DNA of 63,970 nt, counting the filler, from Hyphochytrium catenoides (lineage: Eukaryota > Protista > Hyphochytriomycota), in assembly GCA_900088475.1 (NCBI GenBank). It is 7 parts of 7 records of this genome, joined end to end, with 100 filler letters (N's around TTAATTAATTAA, not from the genome) between each part and the next. Parts side by side here need not be neighbours in the genome. Positions count along the whole stretch, not along the records: positions 1 to 2,696 come from FLMG01002447.1; positions 2,797 to 4,432 come from FLMG01004692.1; positions 4,533 to 32,015 come from FLMG01001530.1; 4 more parts are not named here. The stretch is one strand, 5' to 3'. The position numbers and the translations under genes are program-made. Under the pieces are notes generated by a model that did no database searches, was not told where the DNA came from, and saw nothing but the letters and a program-made list of their open reading frames with translations. Shown piece by piece: positions 1-11,825 of this stretch. Every line of letters starts with the position of its first letter. Position 1 is the stretch's first letter.

Positions 1-89
1 TTAGACAGTAAGTGGGGAGAATAAGAGAAAGGAGAGAGAGAGAGAGAGTGAGAGAGAACAGAAAGAGAGGCGAGAAGAGAGAGGGAGAC

Positions 90-402
90 CTGTGCCGAAT
101 TGGGGATTTGCGGTGAGGCTGGTATATTCATTCATCACAGATCTTAGGAGAGAGAGAGAAGAGAGAAAGAGTTAGGATGACAGGAGGTCCATCGTCTACC
201 GAAACGATGCAAACAATAGTTTCCTTCCACTAGCTAACTCTCTCTCTTCTCTCTCTCTCTCTCTCTCTCTTGCTTCTCTCCCTAATCCTTCTACGCTTTC
301 TTCTCTTTTTTTGCTTGGCAGGCGTAGCACGTCTCCTTCAGCAGCAGCCGCTGCGCGATGAGGCTCTGAAGGGTCACTTGACCAACTTTTCAAAGATGAC
401 AT
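90..402 (-). CDS. Hypothetical spliced gene, 5' part (runs off the window start)
   Basis: Exons 402-200 and 142-90 join in frame across a 57-bp GT-AG intron: MSSLKSWSSD...RKLLFASFR/SVMNEYTSLTANPQFGT. No family recognised. Confidence 0.3.
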
Positions 403-752
403 TCTTCCGGACACAGAGAGAAAATAAAGAAGAGGAGGACGAAAAGTAGAGAGAGAGAGAGCATGGACAGAGCAAGATAGAAAAAAAAGAGAGAGTGATG
501 ACCCTCAAGAAAGAAATCAGGAACAACGCGCCATTGCGGCTCTCTCTTAAAACTCAGTCTGTCTGTCCCTCTCTCTCTCTCTCTCTCTCTCCTTCTTCTT
601 CCTCCTTGTCCTCTCTCTCCCATCAATATGCCCTAATAGAGACAAGTGGAGAGACCATCCATGGGAGATAATGTATAAATAGAACCTTTTGCACATTTCC
701 CTTGTAGCGCATTTTGTGTCTCTTTCTGCCTCTGTTGCTTATCTGCTCTCTT

Positions 753-799
<47 letters not shown>

Positions 800-819
800 A
801 TAGGGTTGTCCCTCTAGCT

Positions 820-1430
820 CTACATCACCCCTTCAAACGCCTGCAATCCTCCCTTCTCCATCTGCCGGTTGTCGCCTTTCTGCTCCCTGAATATCTCTTT
901 GCTTTTCTCGAGAAAGAACTTGTAGTCATCTTTCTTTCTTCTTAGATCCTTGGCGCGGTAGATTTGGGTGATACATAGGCAAACCTGGCCCGAGAGAGAG
1001 AGAGAGAAAGAGAGAGAGGAGGGTGTTGAGAAGAGGAGAGAGAGAGAGGGCGGAAGCCAGAGAGAGAGAGAGGGAGAAAGAAGGAACAGAAGGTAGACGG
1101 ACAAATAACAGGAATTCAGAGAAGAAGAGAGGACGGTTTAACAAAACCCATAACATCCTCTCTTCTCTCTTTTTCACGTCATCCTCCATCCTATGGACTC
1201 TCTCTCTCTCTGTCTCTGTCTCTCTCTCTCTCTTTCTCTCTTTTCTCTTTCCATTCTATAACCTTTCTCTCTCTAATGCTCTCTCCCATAAAGAAGAGAG
1301 AGGACCAAGTGTGTCATGGGATCAGAAACGAACCTCGAACGTGAAAATGAGGAAGACTCCAAGGAGGTAGAGCCCTGACCGCGCATAGTGCTGCTGTGAA
1401 CTGCATGCAAAGAAGACGAGACGGAGATAG

Positions 1431-1461
<31 letters not shown>

Positions 1462-2020
1462 AGAAGAAGAAGGAGAGAGAAGGAGAGGGAGAGAAGAAGG
1501 TGGGAAAGCGAGGAAGAAGAGAGAGAGAGAAAACAAGGAAAAGTGAGGACAGGAGAGAAAGAGGGGAAAGAGAGAAGAGAGCAAAAGAGAAAGAGAAAGA
1601 GAGAGGACACAGAAGCTGTGAGCATAATAACCGGAGAAAAGAGAAAACACAGCTTAAAGCACAGGTCGATCGATAGGGGGAGAGGAGAGGATACAGAGGA
1701 GAGAGAGGAAAGGGGAGAGACTGTGAGAGAGTAAGAAAGAAAGAAAGAGAGATTCGTGCATCTTTTTGAGTTCGCACGAAGGATGAGAGCTACAGACACT
1801 CCAGAAACAAGAAGAGAGGCGCACATTTAGAGAGAGAGAACAAGATGAGAACTAGCGAGAGAGAGAGAGAGACAGAAAGACAGGGAGTGAGAGAGAGAAT
1901 ACAAAGCGCTCGAAGAACTCTTCTCTACTTACCACCCATTCTCAGGGTCGAGGGTTTCTACACAAGCTCCGGCATTAAGGACAGACGCAAGAAAGGCATC
2001 ACTGGAGAGAGAGAGAGAGA

Positions 2021-2054
<34 letters not shown>

Positions 2055-2495
2055 GAGAGAGAGAGAAAGCGAGAAAGTAATAGAAAATGGAGTAAGCTTA
2101 GTGCATCAGAGCGAAAGTGCAGTCAGAAAGGAAGAGTTCCCAAGAGAGAGTAGAGAAGAGACGAGAATGAGACAGGTAGAGAGAGAGAGAGAGAGACAGA
2201 CAGAGAGAGACAAGGATGGAGAGGCACAGAGGTAAAAAGAGGAGTCCGCGAAAAAAAAAAACGGCAGCCAAAGAGGAACAGTCAGTCAGGTGATAGACAG
2301 GGAGAGAGAGAGAAAGAGAGAGGGAAAGAGAGAGACACAGACAGACAGAGAGGGAGAAAGAGAAAAGAGAGAGAGAGAGAAAGAGAGAGGTAAGTACCAG
2401 GAATCACAGCAGCAGGCCCGCTGTAAGAAAGGGAGAGCTCCATATAAGATCGCCCCTGCGGCGAGAGGAAAGCCGAAAGCAGAGAGAACCGAGAC
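820..2495 (-). CDS. Hypothetical Cys-rich multi-pass membrane protein, 3' part (5' end lost at contig break)
   Basis: Four phase-consistent GT-AG exons (2495-2398, 2001-1933, 1400-1334, 984-820) give VSVLSAFGFPLAAGAILYGALPFLQRACCCDSCDAFLASVLNAGACVETLDPENGCSQQHYARSGLYLLGVFLIFTFEVCLCITQIYRAKD...EGVM*. Two hydrophobic helices flank a Cys-rich loop. Confidence 0.6.
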
Positions 2496-2696
2496 CTGGA
2501 GAGAGAAAGGAAAGTATTGTTGAAGAGTGAGACGGGAGAGGGATAGAAAGACAAAGACGGGAAGAGAACAGGATGATAAAAAAGAAAGAAGGGAACAGGA
2601 ATGAGAAGGTTTAGAGTGAGAAGACGAGACAGAGGCCAAAGAGGCGAAGGAGAGAGAGGGCAGACAGTGAGAGAGGTACGAAGAGAAAGAGGAGCG

Positions 2697-2796
2697 NNNN
2701 NNNNNNNNNNNNNNNNNNNNNNNNNNNNNNNNNNNNNNNNTTAATTAATTAANNNNNNNNNNNNNNNNNNNNNNNNNNNNNNNNNNNNNNNNNNNN
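2697..2796. other. Artificial contig linker (N44-TTAATTAATTAA-N44)
   Basis: An identical 100-bp unit occurs six times; the 12-mer places stop codons in all frames. Confidence 0.95.
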
Positions 2797-3530
2797 GCAA
2801 TCTCCTTGCCTCTCTCCTGTTCTCTCTCTCTTTGGGCTCTACCAGACGGAGAGAGAGAGCCAGTTCTCGTGAGCCTTGCGGGGAGAGACGCCATTCCCTC
2901 CTCAAATATCTCTGCAAAGAGAGCAACTTCTGAAGGGAGCAACGCTTGTCGTGGACAGCTCGGAGGCTTAACGTTGACAAAGCAGTTGGCCTGATAGCTG
3001 CCTGCCCACAGGGTCCTAGCATTAGAGTCCAGGTGAGGAGAAGGCGCGCACATGTTGATAATATGGAAGATCAGATCTTCATGGAGACGGTGCAGGAGGG
3101 TGCCAGGTCTCTGCTGCACTAGCAACAGGTTGGTCACGACGTTCTTGAACTCTTTGTCATAGTAGAGATGAGAGTCCTGCGTCCACTTTAGAGGCTCTAA
3201 GATGACTCGGGCTGTCATCTCAAAGTCCCCAGCATACAGCGGGAAGATAGTCACGCTATAGTCTCTCTCCTGGTAGCCTCTCTCCTGTCTGACCTTCGAC
3301 GGATCATGCACTAACGGAATCGCATGCCATGCTCCAGTCGGCGAGTGGCTGTCAGGGATGTTGCACCATAACTCTGTCTTTATATTCAGCAACGTCCCAT
3401 CAATCTTTCCTGCCACTTTGACCGTCACAACTGGCGTGAAAGGCTGAAGAGGATGGAGAGAGACAGAGGACCGGAGCGCTGGCTTTATGCTCGATATCGC
3501 GATATCGACCGTGGGGAGATTTCGCACCAT
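2797..3530 (-). CDS. Hypothetical protein (intronless ORF, 3' end truncated by contig break)
   Basis: ATG-started, compositionally complex ORF of about 245 aa (MVRNLPTVDIAISS...), free of microsatellite until its tail. Beta-rich N-terminal part plus a WTQDSHLYYDKEFKNVVTNLLLV...LHEDLIFHII helical motif. Confidence 0.65.
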
Positions 3531-4432
3531 CCTTTCTCTTTATCTAGCAAGAAACAGCGCTTGAGCCGCGTCACCAGTCGTTCCTCAGCCTCTTCCAGGG
3601 CGATGACTGTTCAGATCTCAGCCAGACCTGAAGAGTTTTCCAATCGGCAAAGGAGAACGCTGACTGAGGGGATCACCAGAGTGAAGATAGAAGCAGGTGC
3701 ATTGGGAAGAGAGAGTGTAGAGCAAGACAGGTTGAGGTGGAAAAGATAAACCAGAAGCTTCTGAATCTGAGGCTGGAAGGAGCAAGAGAGAGCGCCAGAG
3801 ATCGAAAGAAGTCTGACTGAGAGATGCTCTTGAGACCACTAATCTTGGTCACGGTAATAAAAGAGCTAGGCACAAGGCAATGTGCGTCAACAGTGGCTCT
3901 CTGCGAGGTCCGAGGCTGAACGATTGGAAGAGACTGTGCTCTCTCAGGCAAAGAAAGAGCAGGTCTTTATCTTCTACGAAGGGCAGAGGCTTGGGCAAAA
4001 GAAGAAGAGCCGCCCCAGAAATGATTGTGGACGAGCCGCCACTAGCCGGTGCTTCTAGTTCACAAGCGAGGAGGATCACCAGAGGAGAAGAAGAGAGACC
4101 AAAGCGCCGTACTATGTGGCAGAGACCTTGAAGAAAGAAGAGAGCGTGAGGCGTAAGAGTCAATGGCAAAGACAAGAGAGAGAGAGAAGAGTAGAGACCG
4201 CGGGCGATATGTACAGGCAGCGCAGTCCAGGCACATTCGACACGCAGCCAGGCATTTAGCAACTGTGCGGGAGTGCTCTGAGCGCCGGGACCAGGGAAAA
4301 AAGGGAAGGGAGAAGCCTGCTGCTGCTGTTGCTGCTGCTGCTGGTGAGCGTCTTATGTGACCAAGCAGCTTGGTGTCTCCCAAGAGGTTCCGCTGCTTGG
4401 CTGTTCGGAGAGAGAGAGAGAGAGAGAGAGAG

Positions 4433-4532
4433 NNNNNNNNNNNNNNNNNNNNNNNNNNNNNNNNNNNNNNNNNNNNTTAATTAATTAANNNNNNNNNNNN
4501 NNNNNNNNNNNNNNNNNNNNNNNNNNNNNNNN
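4433..4532. other. Artificial contig linker
   Basis: N44-TTAATTAATTAA-N44. Confidence 0.95.
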
Positions 4533-6086
4533 TGCTCGGCCTCGACTCCAGACCGGCTGTGGCCGCACTACCGACTGTGAGAGAAGAGAGTCCGACGTGA
4601 AGTATTCCACCTCTGAAAAGGATTAGGGGATAGAAATAAGTGAACGCGCGAAGAGAGAAAGAGAGAGAGAGAAACCAGGGAAAGAGACGTTAGTGAGAGC
4701 TTACGTTGGAGGGAAAGGTAAAACGTTAAGGCCGCGAGACCGAGAAGAGCAAGAGAGGACGAGGAACATGCAATGCAAGATATCAGGATGAGGCAACGAC
4801 TGAAGACAAAGACAGACAGAGAGAGAAAGAGAGAGAGAAAAGAAATGGGTAACAGGCTACCTGGACTATCTTGCTCACCTCCATCCGCCCCTCTGAAAGG
4901 GTTGAGAGCATCATCATCGTCCTCCTTTAGTGGCTCTTCCTCTCCTCTCGATATCTCAAGAGGAGCAGACATCACGTCACACTGATCTGGAAAAGAGGAG
5001 AGAAAGCAAGGGAGAAGTTGATTCCCTACAACAGAGACTACATAAAGAGAGAGAGAAAGAAGCACGTATATTGACGGAGCGAAAGAAAGAGAGAGGTGTG
5101 TAGAGGCAGAGAGAGACAGAGGAAACAGAGAGAGAGAGAGAGAACAGAGGGTTGTAAATTGACTGAACCTCCTGTGCTCTGGGTACTGGCACTACTTGGC
5201 ACCTCGTTCTCCATTCGCAAAGTGCCCTAGTGTGGCGATGTGGCAGGGGAGAGAGAGAGGTAAAGAGTCAGGAGGATCTGGTGGACAGGTAATCCTTTCA
5301 GCAGGCAAAGGTCTGCGCTGGAACAACAGTAGGAAAGGTGCAATAGCTGCTGCCGTAAGAAAAACAGATCTTGCTCGCTTTCCGACATCTCCCGTTTCAT
5401 TCTCTCTCTCTCTTTTTCTCTCTCTCACTCTGTCAGTCTGTCTCTCGCTCTCACTCTCTCTCTTTCTCTCCTCTCTTCCCGCCTGCTCTCTCCCTCTGTC
5501 ACCCTCCCTTGTGTGTCTTGGTCTCTCCATTTTCTCTTGAACTTTCAACCATTATACCTCAGAATTGCTCTTAACGTTAGGGGGTGACCCATGTCCAGTA
5601 GGAGAGGACGACGCTGTGCGTACAGATACAGAAGAGAGAGAGAGAGAGGAAGTACAGGCTGTGAGGCAGCAAGTAGAGGGACCGGGAAAAAGAGGGTAGG
5701 AAGACCACCTATTGATGCCTTCAGGTAAAACAGATAAACTGACGCGCCAAGACACAGAGAGAGGGGCTGAGAGATAAAGAGAGAGAGTAGGGTGTACAGC
5801 CGTCCGGCAAAAGCTGAGAAAGATCTGGAGATGCGCAAAAGAGACGCTAGAAGACAGCAAGGAGCGGCCATGATGGAGCCAGAGAAGGATTCAGTACTAG
5901 TTATTGGCCAGCACACACCTGTGAAAGATGATGCTCTACGGAGAGGGCCAGTACTGCTCTTTGGATAAGGGGTTTGTACATCTACGCAGCGGAGAGTAAG
6001 ATCCCTCTTGACCCCTCCCAGAACAAAACAAAAGCTTCCCTCTCTCCTTCCTTCTTTTGCTGTCTCTTTGCACTCTGCTCTTGCTC

Positions 6087-6119
<33 letters not shown>

Positions 6120-6345
6120 GCTCCCCCTTCACCCTCGGAGCTAGATTGCCTTCTCCTGATTGGTGTATCTAGCGTTTCGTCAGCTGACCTGAAGGCAACC
6201 TGATAGTGACAAGCACAGTGCTCAAATAAGCTGAAAGGTCTTCGGCGGCTCCCTCAGGGACTACCTGCCCTGTCAGACTGAACTCCGCTAACAAACTAGA
6301 CGTGACATCAGAGTGAGCGCCGTCGAGAGAAGCGAGAAAGTACCC
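4533..6345 (-). CDS. Hypothetical multi-exon gene, 3' end truncated
   Basis: Phase-consistent exons 5226-5169, 4986-4861 and 4612-4533 give GTLRMENEVPSSASTQSTG/DQCDVMSAP...QDSP/EVEYFTSDSLLSQSVVRPQPVW. Upstream exons (about 6345-6189, 5919-5857 and two tiny ones) are tentative. Confidence 0.35.
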
Positions 6346-6795
6346 AGAAGTATCCGAAGAGAGAGAGAGGGAGAGAAAGAGAGCCGAGAGAGACACAGAA
6401 AGAGAACAGAATTGAAGGGGAGAGAGAGAGAGAGACAGGAGAGAGAAAGAGGGAGAGAGAAAGAGAGAGAAGAGGACCAACGAGATGCAGAGACACAAAG
6501 CACAAGAGAGACAGAGAGCAAAATGAGACTGCTAAGAAGAGGAGAAAAGGCAAGGAGCAAAGACAGAGGATAAGAGACATCACCCGTCGTCTTGAGAAAG
6601 AACAGAGCAATGCCTCAGAGAGAGCTTATCAGTCAATGCGATATTCTTCTACCTATTCGCGAGGACGACCAGCTCTATCAGCTGAGCCATTCTTCTGTCC
6701 ATCTTTACATTCCAATCATCCAAACCCACGACCCAGCGGCCTGGCACCATTAAGGTCACGGAGAATGAGACTCTCTAATATAAGACATGGCTATG

Positions 6796-6940
6796 AAGAA
6801 GTAGCAAGAGGAGAACGGACTGGATCAACGACCTTCGAGCTTGAAAGTGAGAGAAGAAGAAGAAAAGACAGAGGGCTTTCAAGAAGTAGCAAGAGGAGAA
6901 CCGACAGAATCAACGACCTTAGAGCTTGAAGGTGAGAGAA
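6796..6940 (+). repeat. Imperfect direct repeat, 2 x about 60 bp
   Basis: AAGAAGTAGCAAGAGGAGAAC.GAC.G.ATCAACGACCTT.GAGCTTGAA.GTGAGAGAA at about 6796 and 6881. Confidence 0.8.
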
Positions 6941-7260
6941 ACAGAGCATGGCATCACCTGCGTCTACTGCATATCCTGCGCGGGAACTTGTAACAGAGAG
7001 ATAGAAATGGCGACGGAGAAGTAGCGACAATTGAGACCCAAGAATAAGCGAGAGAAGAGAGGGAGAGAGAGAGAAAAAAAGAGAGAGAGAGAGAGAGAGC
7101 GAGAAACAGATCAGCGGTTAGGTTCATAATGTTGTGCTGCGGAGTGATCCGAGGACAGCAGGATGGGATGCTGCGATACTAAAAGCAAAGGAGTCATGGC
7201 TGTAGACATGGGAAGGGGAGCGCAAGCGTGAGACTTAATGAGCAAAGGGTGCTGTCTTTC

Positions 7261-7634
7261 TTACTTTAGCTCTGCCCTGATCTTCATCTTGTAGTCGTTG
7301 CACTTGGCGACAATCCTCTGGGCGCAGTAACAGACGCCTAAGAGCAGGCAACTTAGCAGGCTGTGTGGTGAGAGGTGGTAAGGGCAGAAAAGCACGCACA
7401 AAGGCGCTGCAGACTCTGGGCGCAAGGCGCTACTGAGCGTGAGCAGACGAAAACTGAGCAGGGCAAGAAGGTGACATCAATGCGGACAGAGGAACAATTT
7501 TTTCCCTCGCTCTTCAATCTTTTGGTCCATTGTCAACGCTTACCTTCTGGAAGCTTGTCCTTCATCCGTTCGAAGAATCTCTCATAGTAGTGGACCTTCC
7601 TCATAAAGTCCTGAAGTCGGGACTCCAAGGACAT
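7261..7634 (-). CDS. Small two-exon hypothetical protein (about 55 aa)
   Basis: Exon 7634-7544 (donor GTAAG) plus exon 7337-7261 give MSLESRLQDFMRKVHYYERFFERMKDKLPE/GVCYCAQRIVAKCNDYKMKIRAELK*. An in-frame upstream ATG could extend it by 24 aa. Confidence 0.4.
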
Positions 7635-8369
7635 CAACCCTCCTGCGACGGTGGTGACTGAACGAGAAATAGTTGCAACAGTCTGGGCCGGACCTAACCA
7701 AGCCATCGTTCTCGCGTAGGGCTGTGGACCAGCTATGCCAAGTCTCTAGTTAGGTATGTTCCTCAGATCAATTGTAGAGCAAGTCAGTCTTCAGCGACCG
7801 TGCTAAGCTTGTCAGCTTTCAGATGTAGGTCGCCTCGCTTCTGGTGCATCTATCCTCGCCATCCTGGCAAAAGCAACAGTGGAACTCTCCCAAAAGACTC
7901 CGGTCCTCCTGCAAACTACTTGGAGATACTTTATTGTTAGAGCTCTATTCAGCTTATCTCTTTCAGCTACCTAAGCTGAAGCTCTAGCTGAGACTCAAAG
8001 TGATTTCTGAAGCTTTTGGAGGCTTTATCGCGTCTCTGGAAATCTCCATTTTGTCACAAGCGAACGGAAATTTCGTTGCAACTGAAACCAAATACGAAAC
8101 TAAAAGCCGAAACAAAGACTCTGAATAATACTATTTCAAAATGTAAAGACCTGTAATTGATAGGTTACGTTAGTGAAGTGAGTGCGTGAGTCACCAAAGA
8201 TACATTCTGGAGAAGAGATATTCTCCATGAGACCGAAATTAATATCTTCAAGGTTGCCGATAAGCTGCCTCTAGTACGACACAAATAAATCTTCTTTGTC
8301 CCGCACAGCCATTGGCAACAGGCTCATCAGGACGTTCTCATCGTTCTTAGCCTAACTAAACAATAGACT

Positions 8370-8550
8370 CTGTCTTCAGGGCTTGAAGCTCTGTTAAGGC
8401 TCTTGTTGGTGGCATGCTATATCTCTGGAGATTGATGAACGGCTCTGCTTGGGCGGGTGTGTCTGCGGTGATCAAGAAGAGTTATGGAGCCCTGTCTTCA
8501 GAGTGTGAAGCTCTGTTGTCGCTTCTTTGGTGGCCGCGGCTCTATCCTGC
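8370..8550 (+). repeat. Imperfect direct repeat, 2 x about 55 bp
   Basis: CTGTCTTCAG.G..TGAAGCTCTGTT...GCT....TTGGTGGC at about 8370 and 8492. Confidence 0.65.
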
Positions 8551-8628
8551 CTGATCTTTCAACCAAGCTGTCTCTACTCCTCCGCCTAATTCTGCGTCGG
8601 GCCACTGATAGCGTTATTTAGAAGACTG

Positions 8629-10810
8629 CTAAGTCTTCTGAAAGGCGTAGAGGAAGTACTCTTCCTCATTCTCTACTCCACTTATGTCCTCCCCTTCTTC
8701 TCGATGGCAGATTGCCTGGAAATGCGCGGAATAGCCAGGAAGATACTTCGCCATGACCTCTAGGCGGAGCTATACACCAAGGCAGAGACAAAAATAGTAG
8801 GTCAGAAGAAGACTCGGAAAGAGGTGCTGCGCCACGGCAGCCTGTTTGCATGAATACAGGGTTAGATGGTGGGACAGAGAGAGAGAGAGGCACACACACA
8901 CACAGAGCGCGACAGAGAGACAGCGAGAGCGAGAAAATGTGGTGACGTATGGAAGAGGAGAAGCCAAAGACTTATCCTTCTCGCGAAGAGAGCGACAGAA
9001 CTTTCAGTAATGGAGATTCACAGTGAGCGGCTTCGAAGTGGCGAGTGTAGGTTCCCTAGTAGGAAATCAGAAAGTAAGAAGAGAGAGAGAGAACGGAAAG
9101 GGAGCCAGAGGAGGAGAGAGACAGAGAGAGAGAGAGAAAAGAGCTCAGAAAAAGAGGAACAGGAGAAACGAGAGAGAGAAAGAGCGTCCGACCGATCCAA
9201 AAGAAGAAGATATATTTCGCTGTACCTCTGGAGACTCGTCCGATATCTGCAGGAGGAGCCCTCTCTCTCTCAGCAACCTATCTAGCTCATTGAATATGCC
9301 TGACAAGACATCTCCTTCCCTTTCCCTCCTATCAGAAGAGGACGGGGAGGAAAGAAGGAAGGCATCGGTCGTTCCCTATGCGGTAAAGAGGCAGAAGAGA
9401 GAAGATGAGACTCATGGCCCAAGAGAGAAAAGTCCACAATAGGATACTCCAGCCGCCATTATCAGAGAGAGAGAGAAAGAGAGAGAGGGAAAGAGAAAGA
9501 GAGAGAGGATGGCGCAGGGAAAAGAAGACTAAATAGAGAAAAAGCAGAGAGAAAAGAAAGATGCACGCGTGCAGGACACTGGTGATAGACAGAGGGGCGA
9601 GAGAGGAAAGGGATCAGATCAGAAGCTTTACCTTGTCGACGATGACATCAAAGCTTCCAGGAGGAAGGTCGAGCATAGGCTTAGTCAGGTCCCTTACCTG
9701 ATACTCACAATCTAATAGCGAGGAGACAAAAGGGGCTGAGAAGAAGGGAGAGAGAGACCCAGCACGACTGAGGAGACACCAAGTAAGAGATTTGGGATGG
9801 AAGTGATACAGAAGAGTTACAAAGAGAGAGAGAGAGAGAGTTTTATAGCTAGAGAGGAGAGGAGACGAGAGAAAGAAAGGTTTTAGGAGAGAGGCAGAGA
9901 GAGACAGTGTATACACGAGAGAGAGAGAGACTAAACAGGAGAGGACTTCTGGAAGTGGTCCCCCAGCATAGGACGAAAAGAGGTAGAGCAACGCTAAGAA
10001 GGAAGAGAGTTTGTCCAAAGTGATACCTTTCTTGCCTCCATAACGCTCTAACATCCACTCAATTGCAGGAGAGGAGTAGTCCACGTTCAGCAGACTGAGA
10101 ACGAAAAGAGAGAGCGGCGTTGGAGCAAAAGAAGAATCTAAGGGGAGAGACTAGGAGAAGAGAGGGATAGAGAGGAAGAGAGAGAGAGAGAGCAAGAGAG
10201 GAACTAGACAAGAGCGGAAGGAGGGCCGCCTAAAGACACCCTCATTCGCTGTCTTCCCCTATACACCTTCCTTTTCTCTATCGGCATCTTCTCTCTCTCT
10301 CCGTCTCTTTCTTCTCTCTCTCTCTCTTCTTCTTTTTCTTCCTTCTCGTCTTCCCATCTATCGTTAGACTCACCTATAACCTCGCTGCCAGAGTTCTTCT
10401 CCTAGTAGCGACGTTCCACAGCCGATGTTCAGTATACGAAGGCCACGTTGCTTGGCAGCTCCTTTCTCTCTTCCTGTGTCTCCATTTCTCTCTTTCTGCT
10501 GCTCTGTAGGTCCTCTCTCTCTCTCTATGACATCGTGAAGGTGAAACGCTGCTGTCCGTGAGCTTACAAACCATTCAAACGCCTCCTGTTCAGTATGTGG
10601 AGAGAGAGAAGAAACAGTGGGCTTTGTGTCTACTCTTTCCTTTCTTTCTTGCTCTCTCCCTTGCATTTCTCTCCGTTGGCGGTAGAAGTTATCCCAGTAA
10701 CCCTGCTGCCCGAAGTGTTCATTGCTGAAGAAAGACGGAGACGAGGAAGAAGAGAAAAAAACTCTGCGGGGCAAACCGTGACTGATTTCCCTAGGAAGAC
10801 AGGGAGACAC
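8629..10810 (-). CDS. Class I SAM-dependent lysine methyltransferase, METTL12/CSKMT-like (METTL13/EEF1AKMT4 superfamily)
   Basis: Exons about 10810-10374, 10094-10027, 9711-9632, 9375-9226 and 8769-8629. Motifs: FGQQGYWDNFY, FEWF, ILNIGCGTS (motif I), NVDYS, FDVIVDK/GTTDA, QISDESPE/LRL (compare CSKMT QFSDEDPDVRL), EYFLYAFQK*. The start is obscured by the N gap at 10830; the Ser/Arg-rich N-terminus could be a mitochondrial presequence. Confidence 0.85.
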
Positions 10811-11793
10811 CGAGAAGAGTGAAGAGAAGNNNNNNNNNNNNNNNNNNNNNNNNNNNNNNNNNCATCAGAGACACGCAGAGGAAGGAGAGAGAGAGAGAGC
10901 GAAAAGAGAGAGAGAGAGAGAGAAGGGAGGAATGGGAAGAAAGGAGGAGGTGAAGATTATTTTCGTACCTAGCCCAAGCGCTACGGCAGAGGTACCGACC
11001 TTGATGATGCGCAACATGCTGGCTAAGGATAGATCGGGGAGTAGGAGAAGATTGGCGCAGAGAACGGGGCAGCCATGAGAAGACTTGTCTTCCTTTCATA
11101 TCTCTCTCTCGCTCTTCTCTCCTCCTCAGGCATAAGGCTCCTGCTGCAACTCTATTGTCAAGTCAAGCGGAGCCTCGGCTCCTCGCGCGCGTCTTCCCTC
11201 ACTTTCTCCCTCATCGTTATGGTCAAGTCCAGCGCTTCAAGGCTCAAGAAGGCACAGCACCAGTAGTGGTGATGACGGCGGAGGACAAAGAGACAAGAAA
11301 GAGGGAAGAGACTTGGACGGAGAGAGAGAGAGAGAGGTGAAGGGTGCTGAGGTGTCATGAAAGAAAAGGGAAATGGAGAGGAAGGAGAAGAGGGAGAGAG
11401 AGAGAGAGTGTGAGAGAGAAAGCGCGTAATTAAGACCCTCAAAAGCTCTTACAGAGAAACTGATGCTAGACAGAGTGAGGCTGTAAGACAGGGAAAGAGG
11501 AGAAGTGATATTTCGACCGTCCTAAATAGCGGCTAACGCTAAATAAAACATGAATATCCTCTTTAGGAATGTTATCTTATGCGGTTCTTACGGTTTAAGG
11601 ATTATATTCGGAGCGGGCTTATGGCCTGTTGGCCTTAGATCTTCTTTTCGGGACGATACGAAGGTACCTTCCTTAACCGAAACTAAAAAGCGCTACCGGC
11701 TATTTTGGCCGTTACATCAGTTCTCCCATATGTTTTATTGTGGGGAAGAAGGGGGAACAGAGAGAGAGAGAGAGAGAGAGCCAGAGAGAGAGC

Positions 11794-11825
<32 letters not shown>

